Of a stretch of 64,000 nt of DNA, positions 19,262-28,122 are shown one piece after another. The translations under genes and the position numbers were made by a program. The notes under the pieces were generated by a model. That model saw only the letters and a list, made by a program, of their open reading frames with translations. It was not told the DNA's origin and did no database searches. Source of the stretch: an uncultured Clostridia bacterium (GTDB taxonomy: Bacteria > Bacillota > Clostridia > Christensenellales > UBA1242); the NCBI GenBank assembly GCA_944372355.1, contig CALVYS010000002.1, positions 2,831 through 66,830 on the forward strand. The letters are read 5' to 3'. Numbering within the stretch: position 1 is the first letter of the stretch; the number at the start of each line of letters is the position of its first letter.

Positions 19262-19349
19262 TGGTGCAAGAGATGGGAGTTGAACCCACACGACTTTTGA
19301 AGGTCACTGGCACCTGAAACCAGCGCGTCTGCCATTCCGCCACTCTTGC
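19262..19349 (-). tRNA. tRNA-Leu (anticodon CAG), class II, CCA encoded
   Basis: The reverse complement is GCAAGAGTGGCGGAATGGCAGACGCGCTGGTTTCAGGTGCCAG...GGGTTCAACTCCCATCTCTTGCACCA. The anticodon loop is TTCAGGT. Confidence 0.9.
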
Positions 19350-19376
19350 AAAAGATTCTGCCATTAAAGCTTTTTC

Positions 19377-19406
19377 ATTATATAACATCACTTTGCTTTT
19401 TGTCAA
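19377..19406 (-). promoter_or_regulatory. Sigma-A-type promoter for tRNA-Leu
   Basis: On the minus strand: TTGACA, 18-nt spacer, TATAAT. Confidence 0.55.
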
Positions 19407-19407
19407 T

Positions 19408-19437
19408 AAAAACCCGACCAATGCTTGGTCGGTTTTT
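19408..19437. terminator. Bidirectional terminator
   Basis: A run, CCGACCAA-tgc-TTGGTCGG, then a T run. Confidence 0.7.
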
Positions 19438-19449
19438 GCAATAGTGCTA

Positions 19450-19710
19450 TCATTTCAGGTTTTTTGCAACATTTTTAATAAACTTTTTGCTGGAAAACGA
19501 GCAACCCGAGGTTTTTAATAAATATCTTATATCCCTTTCCACACTCGCCGAAGTTTTTCCGTATTTTTCTGCAATTTTTGGAAATACATCTTTATATAGC
19601 GCAAGTTTGCCTTGATGAGACAGAGACATTTCAATCGCCTCTTTCAAAAAAACATAACCCTTGCGTTTTGCGTTAAGAAACTTCAACTCTTGCACGATTT
19701 TATCTTCCAT
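19450..19710 (-). CDS. Stand-alone Spo0A C-terminal (DNA-binding) domain protein
   Basis: KGYVFLKEAIEMSL and LYKDVFPKIAEKYGKTSASVERDIRYLL parallel the Spo0A segments KGYxxLREAI and LYPxIAxxxxTxxSxVERxxRHAI. There is no receiver domain. Confidence 0.75.
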   Translation of the reverse strand: MEDKIVQELKFLNAKRKGYVFLKEAIEMSLSHQGKLALYKDVFPKIAEKYGKTSASVERDIRYLLKTSGCSFSSKKFIKNVAKNLK

Positions 19711-19823
19711 GCGCCGCCTCCTTTTAGTTTCTCGGTGACATGTTGTTACAAATAATATGTTAGCGGAATGCTACTATAAAGTCAAGAGTAAACGACAAAT
19801 TTCGACATTAAAAGTGAGACATT

Positions 19824-20027
19824 ATGAAAGGTTTAAAAGAAATCAGAAAACAGAAAGGCTTTAATCAACTTTACGTGGCAACCAAACTAAACATTTCACG
19901 CGAAGCGCTTTCATATTATGAAAACGGCAAGCGCGAACCTAGTTTTGCCACACTCAACGCGATGAGTAAATTTTTCAATGTCTCAATAGACTATCTCATA
20001 AACGGCAAAGAATTTCAAAAAAGATAA
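19824..20027 (+). CDS. XRE-family helix-turn-helix regulator
   Basis: LKEIRKQKGFNQLYVATKLNISREALSYYENGKREPSFATL is a classic HTH_3 pattern. Confidence 0.85.
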   Translation: MKGLKEIRKQKGFNQLYVATKLNISREALSYYENGKREPSFATLNAMSKFFNVSIDYLINGKEFQKR

Positions 20028-20050
20028 AGGCAGGTTTGGCACCTGCCTTT

Positions 20051-21427
20051 TTAAAAACTTTCTAAAAACAATTTGTAAAAGCGATAGTTTTCATATAGAT
20101 CAAACTTTGAAATAACCTCCCATGGCGCATGCATAGAGAGCACGGGAAGTCCAGCATCGATGACCTCCATTCCATATTCTGCAAGAATATAGGCGATGGT
20201 GCCTCCTCCGCCGACATCAACCTTGCCCATTTCCGTAAACTGACAGGCGATGTCGTTTTCTTCCATGATCTTTCTAAGTTTTGCAATGTATTCGGGATTG
20301 GCGTCATTAGAATCCGATTTTCCGCGGCTTCCTGTATACTTACAAAACGCCACTCCGCGCGAAAGAAAAGCCTCAGTTTTTTTGTTGGAAGACTCCGGCC
20401 AGTTTGGATCAAACCCGGCAGTGACATCACAAGAAATCACCTGGCTTTTATTCAAAGCGCGTTTGAAGGAAAGTTCATTATATTCTCCGGCGAGCTTCAT
20501 AACTTCCGCCACCATGTTTTCAAAAAATCGGCTTTTCATGCCGGTCGCACCAAGAGAGCCCGTCTCTTCCTTGTCCACCAAAATTATTGCGGCGGTTTTG
20601 TTTGGATTTTGACAAGCTATCAGTGCCCTGGCAACCGCGTAGGCGCAACTGCGGTCGTCGTGACCATAGCCCATTATCATGCTTTTGTCAAGACCAAAAT
20701 CTCTTGGCCGTCCCGCTGGAACCACCTCGATTTCGGCCGAGGCAAAATCCTCTTCTTCAATGCCGAACTTTTGCAAAATTCTTAAAATTCCCTCTTTAAC
20801 TGAGCCGTTTTCTGGCTTGCTTCCAACAATCAAATTGAGCTGTTCACCTTTTATATCCACAGCCTTTTCCTTGTCTGAAAGATGCGGCAAAAGGTCGGTC
20901 ACCCCCACAACAGGATCTTCGCGATCCTCTCCGATTTTAATGTCAATCTTGGTTCCATCTTTTTTGCAAACCAGCCCATGTAGTGCCAACGGAAGTGTCG
21001 TCCACTGATATTTTTTTATGCCTCCGTAATAGTGAGTGTCGAACATGCAAAAACCCGAACCTTCATAAACAGGGTTGCTTTTCAAATCCAATCTAGGACT
21101 GTCTATATGTGCGCAGAGAATGTCCATTCCCTCTTCAAGCGGAGCCTTGCCAAGTGCAAAAGCCACCAAAGCTTTGTTCATGTTTATGACAAAAACCTTG
21201 TCCCCCGGCTTTATTTTTTTTTGCGCTCTTATCAATCCATTTAGATTTGAAAATCCGCAGTTTGAAAGCTGTGCAGAAAAATACTTGATGCACTCCCTCT
21301 CGGTTTTACAATCATTTAAAAAAGACTTGTAATCTTCTGAAAACAAGTCTATTTCTTCCAGCCTTTCTTGCGAACATTTTTGCCAGCCATTTGTTTTCAT
21401 GGCATTATTATCTGTTAAAAGAGGCAA
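20051..21427 (-). CDS. M18-family aminopeptidase
   Basis: 458 aa with HIDSPRLDLK, DDRSCAY, LVDKEETGS and GGGGTIA, a pattern typical of M18 aminopeptidases. Confidence 0.75.
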   Translation of the reverse strand: MPLLTDNNAMKTNGWQKCSQERLEEIDLFSEDYKSFLNDCKTERECIKYFSAQLSNCGFSNLNGLIRAQKKIKPGDKVFVINMNKALVAFALGKAPLEEGMDILCAHIDSPRLDLKSNPVYEGSGFCMFDTHYYGGIKKYQWTTLPLALHGLVCKKDGTKIDIKIGEDREDPVVGVTDLLPHLSDKEKAVDIKGEQLNLIVGSKPENGSVKEGILRILQKFGIEEEDFASAEIEVVPAGRPRDFGLDKSMIMGYGHDDRSCAYAVARALIACQNPNKTAAIILVDKEETGSLGATGMKSRFFENMVAEVMKLAGEYNELSFKRALNKSQVISCDVTAGFDPNWPESSNKKTEAFLSRGVAFCKYTGSRGKSDSNDANPEYIAKLRKIMEENDIACQFTEMGKVDVGGGGTIAYILAEYGMEVIDAGLPVLSMHAPWEVISKFDLYENYRFYKLFLESF

Positions 21428-21435
21428 ATTTATTC

Positions 21436-22764
21436 TTAAAAATGAAATTCCACGCTGTAAGCCGTTGGCACATCTTCAATTTTGACGCTTTCTGAAATTT
21501 CCAGCCCCGCGATAGCCAAAATGTTGTTGCCTTCTGCCAGCACAGGAATAAACGCGCGCTTTCTTTGTGGGACCTTTTTGTCAATCAAAAAGGATTTGAG
21601 CTTTTTGGTTCCTCCGCCAAATTTGGTGAAGACGTCGCCGTCTTCTCTAAATCTCCATTGCGCGGTCTTTGGAACCTTGCGATAGTCAAGATAGATCACG
21701 CCTTCGCGCGGCGAAAAATCTTTGACTCTTTTGACAATCATTTTGCCCATGCCAGGAACTTCGAATTCTCCACACTTGAATTCGCAGTTGAATTTTGGCA
21801 CTTCGATTTTTCTGTTGTAAAGAGTGAGATATTCATAATCTTTGACAGCCACCACATCGAACGGCAACGAAAGTCTCTTTCCATTTTCTCCATCAAGCGC
21901 CAAGGCCATAAGAAGCTCCACATGCTTGCGTTCAAAGTCCACTTTCACGCCGATGTTTTTGAGCACTTTGATGATCAATCTTGAAGCGATCGGTTTTTTG
22001 TAAAGAAAATAGCTCAAAGGAATTTTTGCTTCTTTGTCCTCATATATAACGGCGTCATCATAAACTTGAGAACTGATAAAATCGTCATCTTCTTTAAGCG
22101 TCGCGCCAAACTGACAAACGGCTTTGATCGCTCCCGGCCATTTCTTTGAAATTTCTGGCAACACGACGTTTCTTAAATAATTGCGTGAGTAAGAGTTGTC
22201 CTTGTTCGAGCTGTCCTCAACATAATCGAGGTTGTGAAGATTTGCATAATCCAAAATCTCCTCCTTTGAAGTTGTGAGCAGCGGCCTGATATATTTGCCA
22301 TCTCTCATCGCTTCCATGCCTCTTGCGCCGGCCATTCCAGCACCTCTGAAAATGTGCATCAGAATGGTTTCTGCTTGATCGCTCAAATGATGCGCCAAGG
22401 CGAGTTTGTCAATCACATCTTTTCTAAATAGTGATTCAAAAATTGCATATCTTCCCTCTCTCGCAGCCGTCTCCACACTGATCCCCTTTTCCTTTGCAAG
22501 TTTTGGCGCCTCGATACGAAATTTATACGCCCTCACTCCCATCTCTCTGCATTTGGAAATGACAAAATTGGCCTCATCTCGAGATTCTTCACGAATGCCA
22601 TGGTCGATGTGAATGGCCACCACTTCGATGTCTAGCCTCTCTGCATTCTCATGCAAAAAGTGCAAGAGCGCCATGGAGTCGCTCCCTCCACTCACTCCCA
22701 CGCCGATTCTTTCACCAGGGCTTGTAAGTTTGTTTTGTTCGATAAAATTCAACACATTCTGCAT
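21436..22764 (-). CDS. tilS: tRNA(Ile)-lysidine synthase
   Basis: PP-loop motif VGVSGGSDSMAL. Size and a position downstream of spoIIE match Bacillus-type synteny. Confidence 0.85.
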   Translation of the reverse strand: MQNVLNFIEQNKLTSPGERIGVGVSGGSDSMALLHFLHENAERLDIEVVAIHIDHGIREESRDEANFVISKCREMGVRAYKFRIEAPKLAKEKGISVETAAREGRYAIFESLFRKDVIDKLALAHHLSDQAETILMHIFRGAGMAGARGMEAMRDGKYIRPLLTTSKEEILDYANLHNLDYVEDSSNKDNSYSRNYLRNVVLPEISKKWPGAIKAVCQFGATLKEDDDFISSQVYDDAVIYEDKEAKIPLSYFLYKKPIASRLIIKVLKNIGVKVDFERKHVELLMALALDGENGKRLSLPFDVVAVKDYEYLTLYNRKIEVPKFNCEFKCGEFEVPGMGKMIVKRVKDFSPREGVIYLDYRKVPKTAQWRFREDGDVFTKFGGGTKKLKSFLIDKKVPQRKRAFIPVLAEGNNILAIAGLEISESVKIEDVPTAYSVEFHF

Positions 22765-22827
22765 AATTTAACCTCATGTGTTGAAATTATACACTATATT
22801 TGCCTCTAAATCAAGATTTTCTTTAAA

Positions 22828-25152
22828 TTAAGTGCCAAAAATTTTGACAACGAGCACGGTCATGTCGTCGCGTGGGCGGCCATCGTTGTTGGCCAAAGCC
22901 TGCTCCAAAATTTTGTCAGCGATATTTTGCGGATTGGAAGAATAACAGCTTTTTACAAAATCCTCCATTGCCTCATCGCTTGCAAAGCTGTCTGACACGC
23001 CATCTGTGATTAAAATGATGTTGTCTCCATCGCCAACCACCATCTTTTTTGTGACAGGTGCTGCCTTGTCCACAATCCCTAGCGGCAAGGCTCCGCTTCC
23101 GATCTTTTTGCTCCCCTCGCTTGACATGATGATTGAAGCAGGCGACGCCATTTTTACAAAGTCCGCCAATCCGCTTTTTAGGTCCACCACACAAACATCA
23201 AGCGCAGAAAACTTCTCCTCTCTTTGCAAAGACAAAAGCTTGTTCACACTTGAAAGCACGAGATCGCTTTCAAACCCCGCTTTGTAAAAATTTTCAATTA
23301 AGCCAATCGCAATCTCACTGGTGTTTTCGGCCTCCTTTCCACTGCCCATGCCATCACAAAGGGCAAACATAAATCTGTCACCGTCAAGCTTTTGCACGCT
23401 GTGGCTGTCTCCGCTTGTTGGGCTGCCAGATTTGGCAATAGAAGCGATGGCAAAAACGCAATCGAATTTGGGTGCGGTTTTCAGGCTCAAACTCGTCCAC
23501 CCTGGTTTTGAAGATGGAAACTTTTCATAAACCGTCATCTTTGATTTGCAAATTCTGCCAATAATATCTGGGATTTTTAACTGTTCAGCATCAATATTTC
23601 TCACCACGACAGACGCCTCGCAAGTGCGCGCATCTTTTTCATAGACCACCACGTCGGAGCAAACTATGTCATTAAACAAAAGTTCGTCCACAATCTTTTG
23701 CTCACGCTTCCCGTCGAATGCAATTTCAGTGTCCACCTCTTTGGAAAGATTTCTCATAACACTGGAAATACCTCCAAGCTGATCTGCGATGAGAAGTTTT
23801 GAAGTGTCGATGTTTGAAAGCATTCCGCTGTAAGATTTGTATTGCCTTGTCAATGCGTTGGTGGCCGTGATTATGCCATTCACGCGTCCGCACCTGGCAT
23901 TTAAATAGTTTGGTATGTCAAGCAATGTGACCTTATTCTTTTCAAAAGCGATGGTCACAAGTTCGTCAAGCACTCGCGAGGTTTCTTCTTGATAGGTTCT
24001 GTGGCACCTGGCCCTGTCCGGACAGGTTTCGCAGTTGCGTGCGATGATTTCATCTTTTAACAATTTCTTAACTTCATCTTCACTCAAATTTTGTTTGACA
24101 AGGCTTCTAAAAACTTTGTTCATTTCACCAAACACATCTGAAAGCGAGGCCAAACGTCGATGCAAAACTTCGCGGTTTCGATTGACCACATTCTTGACCG
24201 CCGTCCGGTCGCTTTTTAAGTCAAAAATGCCTTTGATCATGTCATAAACCTTGTCTGGTATCGCCATAAAGACGAGTGCACTCAGCCCGACAGGCAAGAT
24301 TGAAAGCCAGTCAAAACTTGCATAAAGGTTGAAATAGAAGCCGATTATCAGCTCCGCAGCAACCAAAGCGAAAGCAGAAAAATATTTGCGATAGGTTTTA
24401 AATGGAGAAATTGCAAGCGCCCAAAGCATAAATGGAGCAATAAAAAGTGGATTGTTTGTTGAAAGCAAGGTTCCAAAGCCCAATATCGCCGCCACGAAAA
24501 CCGAATAATAATTTTTTGAACAATAAGTGATTGCGAGCAAAGCGAATGCTACAAAAAGTTTTAAAAAAGAAAATCCCGCAATTTCAAGTGACACGAGTCC
24601 CGCCGCAAGCGCAACCAAAATCACGCCGCCAGACAGCATTTCCAGCGCAGACAGCCTGTAAGAAAATCCACGAACAAAAACGGCCTCAAAAAGAGTGATG
24701 CACCCCAGCATGAAAACCACCCCTAAAAGTGTTGAGGCGACCGAATAATAGATCGCGCCACTCACGCCAGAAGTTGCAGAAAAGGCGATGCTGGCCACTT
24801 GACTGAAAATGGCAAAAATGACAAGCTCCCATATTGCCATGTTTTTCTTGCAAAAATAATGAACCAAATACGGCACTAAAATAAACGCCACACAGCAAAT
24901 CGCACCTATCACCCCGGTCAAACTGTGATCTACGACGACCGCGCTGACAAAGTAGGCTGGACAAACCAACCAAACCTTTTGATTTGCCCAAACCAAGGCA
25001 AACATCATCGCAAACGAAAAAGGAAAAATCAAGCCCGCTATGGATGCATGTTCCAAAACAAAAAACAGCCCCACAAAAACGATTGCAATCGCCACGTAAT
25101 AAAGCTTTCCCAAAAACTTCATTTCCATCTCCTGCAACCGATTATAAAGCAT
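22828..25152 (-). CDS. spoIIE: Stage II sporulation protein E (membrane PP2C phosphatase)
   Basis: About 10 N-terminal TM segments and a C-terminal PP2C-like domain (GDSHS..., CDGMGSG, ITDGVSD, DDMTVLV). Confidence 0.85.
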   Translation of the reverse strand: MLYNRLQEMEMKFLGKLYYVAIAIVFVGLFFVLEHASIAGLIFPFSFAMMFALVWANQKVWLVCPAYFVSAVVVDHSLTGVIGAICCVAFILVPYLVHYFCKKNMAIWELVIFAIFSQVASIAFSATSGVSGAIYYSVASTLLGVVFMLGCITLFEAVFVRGFSYRLSALEMLSGGVILVALAAGLVSLEIAGFSFLKLFVAFALLAITYCSKNYYSVFVAAILGFGTLLSTNNPLFIAPFMLWALAISPFKTYRKYFSAFALVAAELIIGFYFNLYASFDWLSILPVGLSALVFMAIPDKVYDMIKGIFDLKSDRTAVKNVVNRNREVLHRRLASLSDVFGEMNKVFRSLVKQNLSEDEVKKLLKDEIIARNCETCPDRARCHRTYQEETSRVLDELVTIAFEKNKVTLLDIPNYLNARCGRVNGIITATNALTRQYKSYSGMLSNIDTSKLLIADQLGGISSVMRNLSKEVDTEIAFDGKREQKIVDELLFNDIVCSDVVVYEKDARTCEASVVVRNIDAEQLKIPDIIGRICKSKMTVYEKFPSSKPGWTSLSLKTAPKFDCVFAIASIAKSGSPTSGDSHSVQKLDGDRFMFALCDGMGSGKEAENTSEIAIGLIENFYKAGFESDLVLSSVNKLLSLQREEKFSALDVCVVDLKSGLADFVKMASPASIIMSSEGSKKIGSGALPLGIVDKAAPVTKKMVVGDGDNIILITDGVSDSFASDEAMEDFVKSCYSSNPQNIADKILEQALANNDGRPRDDMTVLVVKIFGT

Positions 25153-25221
25153 TAAAAAAGCCCGCTATAACAATATTTGCAGGCTTTTTGTCAAAATATT
25201 GAAAGTTTTGTTGTTTGATTT

Positions 25222-25770
25222 TTAAGCAAGATTTTTGCTGCCGACAAACCTTTCCACCTCGTCAACGGTTTTTTCGAGATCGATGTTTTGAATCACCGCG
25301 TCAAACTGCCCGGCAAATTCACGCTCCATCTCGTATCTGCCCATTCTAACCTTGACCATCTCTTCGCTTTCGCCACGTTTAAGAAGGCGGGTTTTCAAAA
25401 TTTCATCTGGCGCGTCTAAAAACACAGTTTTGCAGTTTTCTCTGCCGAGATAGGCTTGAATCTTCAATGCTCCATGCACATCAATGTCTTTTATGTAATT
25501 ATCTTTCGATTGTTTTATCTCTTCAAGCGTTGCAAAAAGTGTGCCATAAAACAAATCGGCGTGCACATTTTCATATTCAAAAAATTCTCCCCTCTTCACC
25601 ATCTCGTCAAACTGCTCACGGCTGACATGAATATAAGGACCATTGTCGTTTTCCCTCTTTGGCCTGGTTGTCACAGTTTTCATCGATTTAAGGCCCGGGT
25701 GGCGTTTTTTGAGCTGGTCTATAACCGAATTTTTCCCCACTCCTGACGGGCCTATCAAAATCGTCAACAT
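25222..25770 (-). CDS. gmk: Guanylate kinase-like protein
   Basis: P-loop GPSGVGKNS and TTRPKRENDNG...FEYENVHADLFYGT. Confidence 0.7.
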   Translation of the reverse strand: MLTILIGPSGVGKNSVIDQLKKRHPGLKSMKTVTTRPKRENDNGPYIHVSREQFDEMVKRGEFFEYENVHADLFYGTLFATLEEIKQSKDNYIKDIDVHGALKIQAYLGRENCKTVFLDAPDEILKTRLLKRGESEEMVKVRMGRYEMEREFAGQFDAVIQNIDLEKTVDEVERFVGSKNLA

Positions 25771-25822
25771 CTTCTTTCTCCTTTAAGGGAGTTTAACATA
25801 TTTTTGTCTTTCAAGCAAATGA

Positions 25823-26515
25823 TTACATTTCAAAGAACTGCAAAATTCCACACAACACCGCATAACACATGTCTTTGCGATAACTTTCGGTTAGCAAAAG
25901 TTGCTCCTCTTCTGGATTTGACAAAAATCCAAACTCCACCAAAGCCCCTGGAAGCGGTGTGCAATTTAAAATGAAAAAATCGCCTTCGTTTGGCAAACTT
26001 TTTGCGTATTCAAAACTCTCATACAAAAAAGTTTGAATGCTTTGTGCAAGCTCCTTGCCAGACTCATTCCCTAGTCCATAAAAAACATGCGCACCGCGAG
26101 AGGAAGCGAGCGGAAAGGCATTCATATGCACGCTTATCACAAGGTCTGCATCACTGTCCTCAATGATTTTTTGCCGTGCCTCCATGTCGGAGCGCTTTTT
26201 GTTTGAAGCGAGTGGTGAATACAGTCCGTTTAAATCATTTCTTGTCATGACAACGCCAAAACCATACCTTTCACAAAGGTCTTTTAAGGTTTCGGCATAA
26301 AGCAAATTTAGTTCGTTTTCAGTAACACCGCTCGTCTTGCCCACGGCCCCACCGTCCTTGCCGCCATGTCCGGCATCGATGACTATCGTGTACTCTGGTT
26401 TTGGCATTGATGAAGTTTTTATCACTGCCATCGAAATTACAGTAGACAAGCCCAGCAGCACTGCAAAAACCAAACAAAGGGTCTTTTTCTTGATGGTATA
26501 AAATTTAATTCGCAT
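25823..26515 (-). CDS. cwlD: N-acetylmuramoyl-L-alanine amidase (Amidase_3), CwlD-like
   Basis: N-terminal TM segment, IDAGHGGKDGGA, SVHMNA, and a size typical of CwlD. Confidence 0.65.
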   Translation of the reverse strand: MRIKFYTIKKKTLCLVFAVLLGLSTVISMAVIKTSSMPKPEYTIVIDAGHGGKDGGAVGKTSGVTENELNLLYAETLKDLCERYGFGVVMTRNDLNGLYSPLASNKKRSDMEARQKIIEDSDADLVISVHMNAFPLASSRGAHVFYGLGNESGKELAQSIQTFLYESFEYAKSLPNEGDFFILNCTPLPGALVEFGFLSNPEEEQLLLTESYRKDMCYAVLCGILQFFEM

Positions 26516-26624
26516 AAGGTATTTTATTATCTAAAAACAATTTGTATAACAAATAACAAGTTATAAGAATAGGTGGAGAAACAATCTCAAAAAACTTTGA
26601 AATATTGCCACAGGAGGTGCTATA

Positions 26625-26921
26625 ATGGGAATGTGTAAGCCTAGTGGCGGAATCAGTAAGCAAATAGGAAGAGTAGGTGATCTAAAAACCACTGGAGAAC
26701 CAAACACTAGAAAAGATTTATATAACGAAGATGGTAAACTCATACAGCAAAGATGGTATGGTTCAGATGGAAACGCAATTTGGGACCGAGATTGGTCTCA
26801 TGGAGGTAGAGAACACGAATGGCCACATGATCATAGTTGGGATTGGACTAATCCGCAACACCCAGATAGACCTGCATATGAAGACGAATATGGGAATAAA
26901 ACAAATTCTAGTTATTGTTAA
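26625..26921 (+). CDS. Small His/Trp-rich protein with two YD-like repeats; candidate orphan polymorphic-toxin tip
   Basis: Strong SD AGGAGG. LYNEDGKLIQQRWYGSDGNAIWDRDW is followed by HGGREHEWPHDHSWDW. There is no signal peptide. Codon use looks more AT-rich than in the neighbouring genes. Confidence 0.55.
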   Translation: MGMCKPSGGISKQIGRVGDLKTTGEPNTRKDLYNEDGKLIQQRWYGSDGNAIWDRDWSHGGREHEWPHDHSWDWTNPQHPDRPAYEDEYGNKTNSSYC

Positions 26922-26932
26922 AAGGAGATATT

Positions 26933-27400
26933 ATGAAAAATAAAAGCATTTACGATGAAATTTTTGATAAACCATGCTCAGTTTGTGGCAAGTTTATTAA
27001 AAAAGATATTTATGATCAAGGTTCCTGTCCTTATTGTAAATGGAAAAATAACCATTTTGCCGAGATAAATCCAAATAATGTGTTGTATCCCAACCTAATC
27101 TCACTAAATAAAGCGAAAAAACTTTATAGTGAAGGTAAACATTTTGAGCCTGATTTAGACGAATTTATGGAAGCTTTGCACAGCTATAGCGAAATGCAAT
27201 TTGAATATAATGGTGTTTATTATGCTGTTGAACTTGTTTTTAATGGTAAAAGTGAACCACAAATCAGTCTTTATAATTCTCAAACAAAAGAAACAACATT
27301 TTTTAACAATGATGAAGATTTCAAAAACAATGCTAAAGTTGATGGTAAAATTTTAAAAGATATTTGGGATGATACAACCGACAGAAATTGGTTGCAATAA
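26933..27400 (+). CDS. CPCC-type Cys-rich zinc-ribbon protein, immunity-protein-like
   Basis: The ATG at 26933 follows AAAGGAG and lies 11 nt after the upstream stop. CSVCGK...x12...CPYCKWKNN resembles the CPCC family motif. Confidence 0.6.
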   Translation: MKNKSIYDEIFDKPCSVCGKFIKKDIYDQGSCPYCKWKNNHFAEINPNNVLYPNLISLNKAKKLYSEGKHFEPDLDEFMEALHSYSEMQFEYNGVYYAVELVFNGKSEPQISLYNSQTKETTFFNNDEDFKNNAKVDGKILKDIWDDTTDRNWLQ

Positions 27401-27477
27401 AAGCTTGCCACTAAACAACTTTGATTCAAGCTTCGGCTTTGCTTGACAAAACTTTCAAAATTTTCCATACTTTTAAC

Positions 27478-28086
27478 ATGATCAAATCTCTTTTGTTGGC
27501 ACTTTCCTTTTTCTCGGTGATGAACTTTTCTTCCACGGTTGGAGACAGCGTTTTTGTGCTTTCAGACTCTGCGTATCTTTACTCCGTCCCTTCTTTGACA
27601 AGCGAAATAGTCGTGGAACTTGAAAAGGGCGACGAGCTTTCGCTGGTGAGTTCAACACAAACCGATGGCTTTTGGCAGGTTGTTTATCAAACCGATTTGG
27701 AAACATATGAAGGTTTTGTATACAGCGAACTGGCAGGTCCTGTTTCTGACAGTCAAGAAGTTCTGCTCTCCTGCAACGCCACGATAATAAACAGCACTCA
27801 GGTTTTGTCCATCTCTTCGTTGGAGCCTGTTTGCCAACTTGAAAAAGGCACTCGCGTGTTTTTGTATGAAGGCTATGACGATTCAAAGGATTATCTTGCA
27901 ATACGATTTGAAAATGACGGCCAAATTTTAACCGGCCAAGTCCGAATTGAAGATGTCCAACCAGACGGCGTCAATGCCGCCTTGATCGTTGCCATCACAG
28001 CGATCGTTGCGATTGTCAGCATAATTATCATTTTGCTTGGCATAACCAAGAAAAAACGGCACAAGAAATTGAAAACTGAAAATTGA
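27478..28086 (+). CDS. Secreted protein with tandem SH3b-like domains and a C-terminal TM anchor
   Basis: Signal peptide MIKSLLLALSFFSVMNF. Two YxxxS...GxxVxxL...WxxV-type segments. C-terminal hydrophobic helix followed by a KKKRHKK tail. Confidence 0.6.
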   Translation: MIKSLLLALSFFSVMNFSSTVGDSVFVLSDSAYLYSVPSLTSEIVVELEKGDELSLVSSTQTDGFWQVVYQTDLETYEGFVYSELAGPVSDSQEVLLSCNATIINSTQVLSISSLEPVCQLEKGTRVFLYEGYDDSKDYLAIRFENDGQILTGQVRIEDVQPDGVNAALIVAITAIVAIVSIIIILLGITKKKRHKKLKTEN

Positions 28087-28092
28087 TCTGTT

Positions 28093-28119
28093 AAACTCCT
28101 TGAAAAAAGGAGTTTTTTT
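28093..28119 (+). terminator. Terminator whose 3' arm contains the SD of the next gene
   Basis: AAACTCCT-tgaaaa-AAGGAGTTT followed by a T run. The ATG of the next ORF is at 28123. Confidence 0.6.
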
Positions 28120-28122
28120 CAT

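Noticed and set aside
18812-19421. Several track ORFs fall in this region: the LemA N-terminal extension from 18937, 18965..19165 (both starting MRLLSCEENCSK), and 19026..19421.
   Set aside because: The shared N-terminal peptide is produced by the 83-nt noncoding repeat. 19026..19421 runs through tRNA-Leu. lemA has a far better start and SD at 18811.
20062-21332. Several 70-218-aa ORFs overlap the M18 aminopeptidase on both strands.
   Set aside because: They are shadows of a well-supported 458-aa gene, with no independent motifs or ribosome-binding sites.
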